DNA of 54,587 nt from Patescibacteria group bacterium. GTDB lineage: Bacteria; Patescibacteriota; Minisyncoccia; UBA10092. Positions within the stretch are counted from its first letter, which is position 1, and every line of letters begins with the position of its first letter. The notes under the pieces are model-generated. The model made no database searches, had not been told where the DNA came from, and saw only the letters and a list, made by a program, of their open reading frames with translations. The stretch covers positions 1 to 54,587 of the forward strand of contig JAHJZO010000029.1 in assembly GCA_018826255.1 (NCBI GenBank). The letters are read 5' to 3'. This document shows, piece by piece, positions 53,643 through 54,587 of the stretch. A program made the translations under genes and the position numbers.

Positions 53643-54443
53643 ATGAATAACGTCCCCTCTTTTTCAGTAGTCATTATATCTTATAATGGAAGAGATTTTT
53701 TGAGAAAATCTCTGAAAGGACTTGAGCAAAGTATATGGCATCCAAATAAAATTATCGTGGTTGACGATCATTCAAGCGATGATACCGGAATGATGGTCCA
53801 GAAAGAGTTTCCTTATGTGGAATATATTTACAATGAAAATAACATTGGCCCTACTGCATCAAGAAATAAGGGGGCGGGACTGGCACTTGGCGAATACATA
53901 GTATTTCTTGATAACGATATTATAATACGGCCGGATTCCTTTGAGCGTCTTATTTCGTTTCTTAACGCGACTAAGGATGCGGGAATGGTTGGGGGTAAGT
54001 TGTTAAATGAACGAGGGGAGAAAATATTTTGGAATATGGGGCATCGTCATAATTTTATCCGTCAAGCAATTGGGAAGATTTTGTATTTTTTTCTTAAGCC
54101 ATTTCTTGAACATTCAACGCGAGCGAGAGATTTTCTTATGAATTTTTCTTTGAATTACTGGGATTACGATAAATCGATTTTAGTCGGGTGGGTTATTGAG
54201 AGTTTTATCGCGGTTCGTATTGAGCCTTTCAAGCGAGTGCGAGGTTTTGATGAACAATTTTTTATGTTTCACGAAGGGCCTGATCTTTCCGAACGGTTTC
54301 GCAAAATTGGTTATAAAACATATTTTGTACATAATGCCTTGGTAACAATGTTAGAAGGCCACAGCCATTTACCGGCGAAACGTAAAAAGATGTTTCGTGT
54401 CTCAACTTGGCGATATTACAGAAAACATTATTTACATTTTTAG
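53643..54443 (+). CDS. GT2-family glycosyltransferase
   Basis: FSVVIISYNGRDFL, VVDDHSSDDT, FLDNDII (DxD). Confidence 0.8.
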   Translation: MNNVPSFSVVIISYNGRDFLRKSLKGLEQSIWHPNKIIVVDDHSSDDTGMMVQKEFPYVEYIYNENNIGPTASRNKGAGLALGEYIVFLDNDIIIRPDSFERLISFLNATKDAGMVGGKLLNERGEKIFWNMGHRHNFIRQAIGKILYFFLKPFLEHSTRARDFLMNFSLNYWDYDKSILVGWVIESFIAVRIEPFKRVRGFDEQFFMFHEGPDLSERFRKIGYKTYFVHNALVTMLEGHSHLPAKRKKMFRVSTWRYYRKHYLHF

Positions 54444-54477
54444 CTTTAGCTAAGGGTAATTTTGTTCTATACCGTTT

Positions 54478-54517
54478 ATCGTTACCAAATTCTGCTGTAG
54501 CAAGAATTGGTAACGAT
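54478..54517. other. long imperfect hairpin downstream of the last GT2 gene
   Basis: ATCGTTACCAAATTCT...AGAATTGGTAACGAT, a 15-16 nt stem with one bulge. No T-run; TATAAT follows at 54520-54525. Confidence 0.4.
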
Positions 54518-54587
54518 GATATAATATATCTATATGGGGCAGGAGAATATTGGTAGGAAAATATTAAAATATCTATTAATCGGAGGC

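Noticed and set aside
54478-54587. Possible tRNA or small RNA in the terminal non-coding stretch.
   Set aside because: No cloverleaf-compatible arms or conserved T-loop/D-loop sequences are visible, only one long hairpin. The window ends before the context can be resolved.

Overview
AT-rich, tightly packed bacterial sequence with many 1-25 nt gene overlaps, GGAGG ribosome-binding sites and GC-rich hairpin terminators. The gene content suggests a Candidate Phyla Radiation / Patescibacteria-like organism; that placement is inference. Content supporting it: YfhO-type GT-C enzymes, an O-antigen-ligase-TPR fusion, an LTD-like protein, a PurD-like ATP-grasp protein and a family-4 UDG. About 45 kb (nt ~500-45700) is one large cell-surface glycan island. 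It is bracketed by two diverged, inverted IS200/RAYT-type Y1 transposase genes, each with a conserved flanking hairpin. The island has four functional parts. (1) Assembly and export: a WbaP-type initiating phosphotransferase, a Wzx-like flippase, an O-antigen-ligase/TPR protein and GT4 transferases. (2) An apparent extracytoplasmic glycosylation layer: three Dpm1/GtrB-like GT2 enzymes plus three YfhO-like membrane transferases, two of which are mosaic tandem paralogs. (3) A dense nucleotide-sugar tailoring block at ~23-38.3 kb. It holds a GmhA-like isomerase, a domain-swapped HldE-like kinase/nucleotidyltransferase, three radical SAM enzymes (two B12-type) and an orphan ThDP E1 alpha/beta pair. 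It also holds a DegT aminotransferase, several extended SDRs, a Zn-ADH and a methyltransferase; seven class-I methyltransferases occur across the island. (4) A Thr-rich, peptidoglycan-binding secreted protein that is a plausible acceptor. Downstream (46.6-54.4 kb) lie housekeeping genes: DsbA-like, glutaredoxin-like, trxB, gap, rpiB, UDG4, PurD-like ATP-grasp, a trypsin-like protease and a GT2. Gene calls do not explain several short GC-rich palindromic modules, most built from 15-nt units. They sit in frame inside unrelated coding genes: O-antigen ligase and GAPDH share an exact 21-mer, RpiB and the ATP-grasp protein share TATCCGCC-NNN-GGCGGACC, and both YfhO paralogs carry 12-13 bp palindromes. 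A 15-nt leader motif and a palindromic terminator sequence also recur. No rRNA, tRNA or CRISPR array was seen. All functions are inferred from motifs read by eye in the translations; no database search was run.
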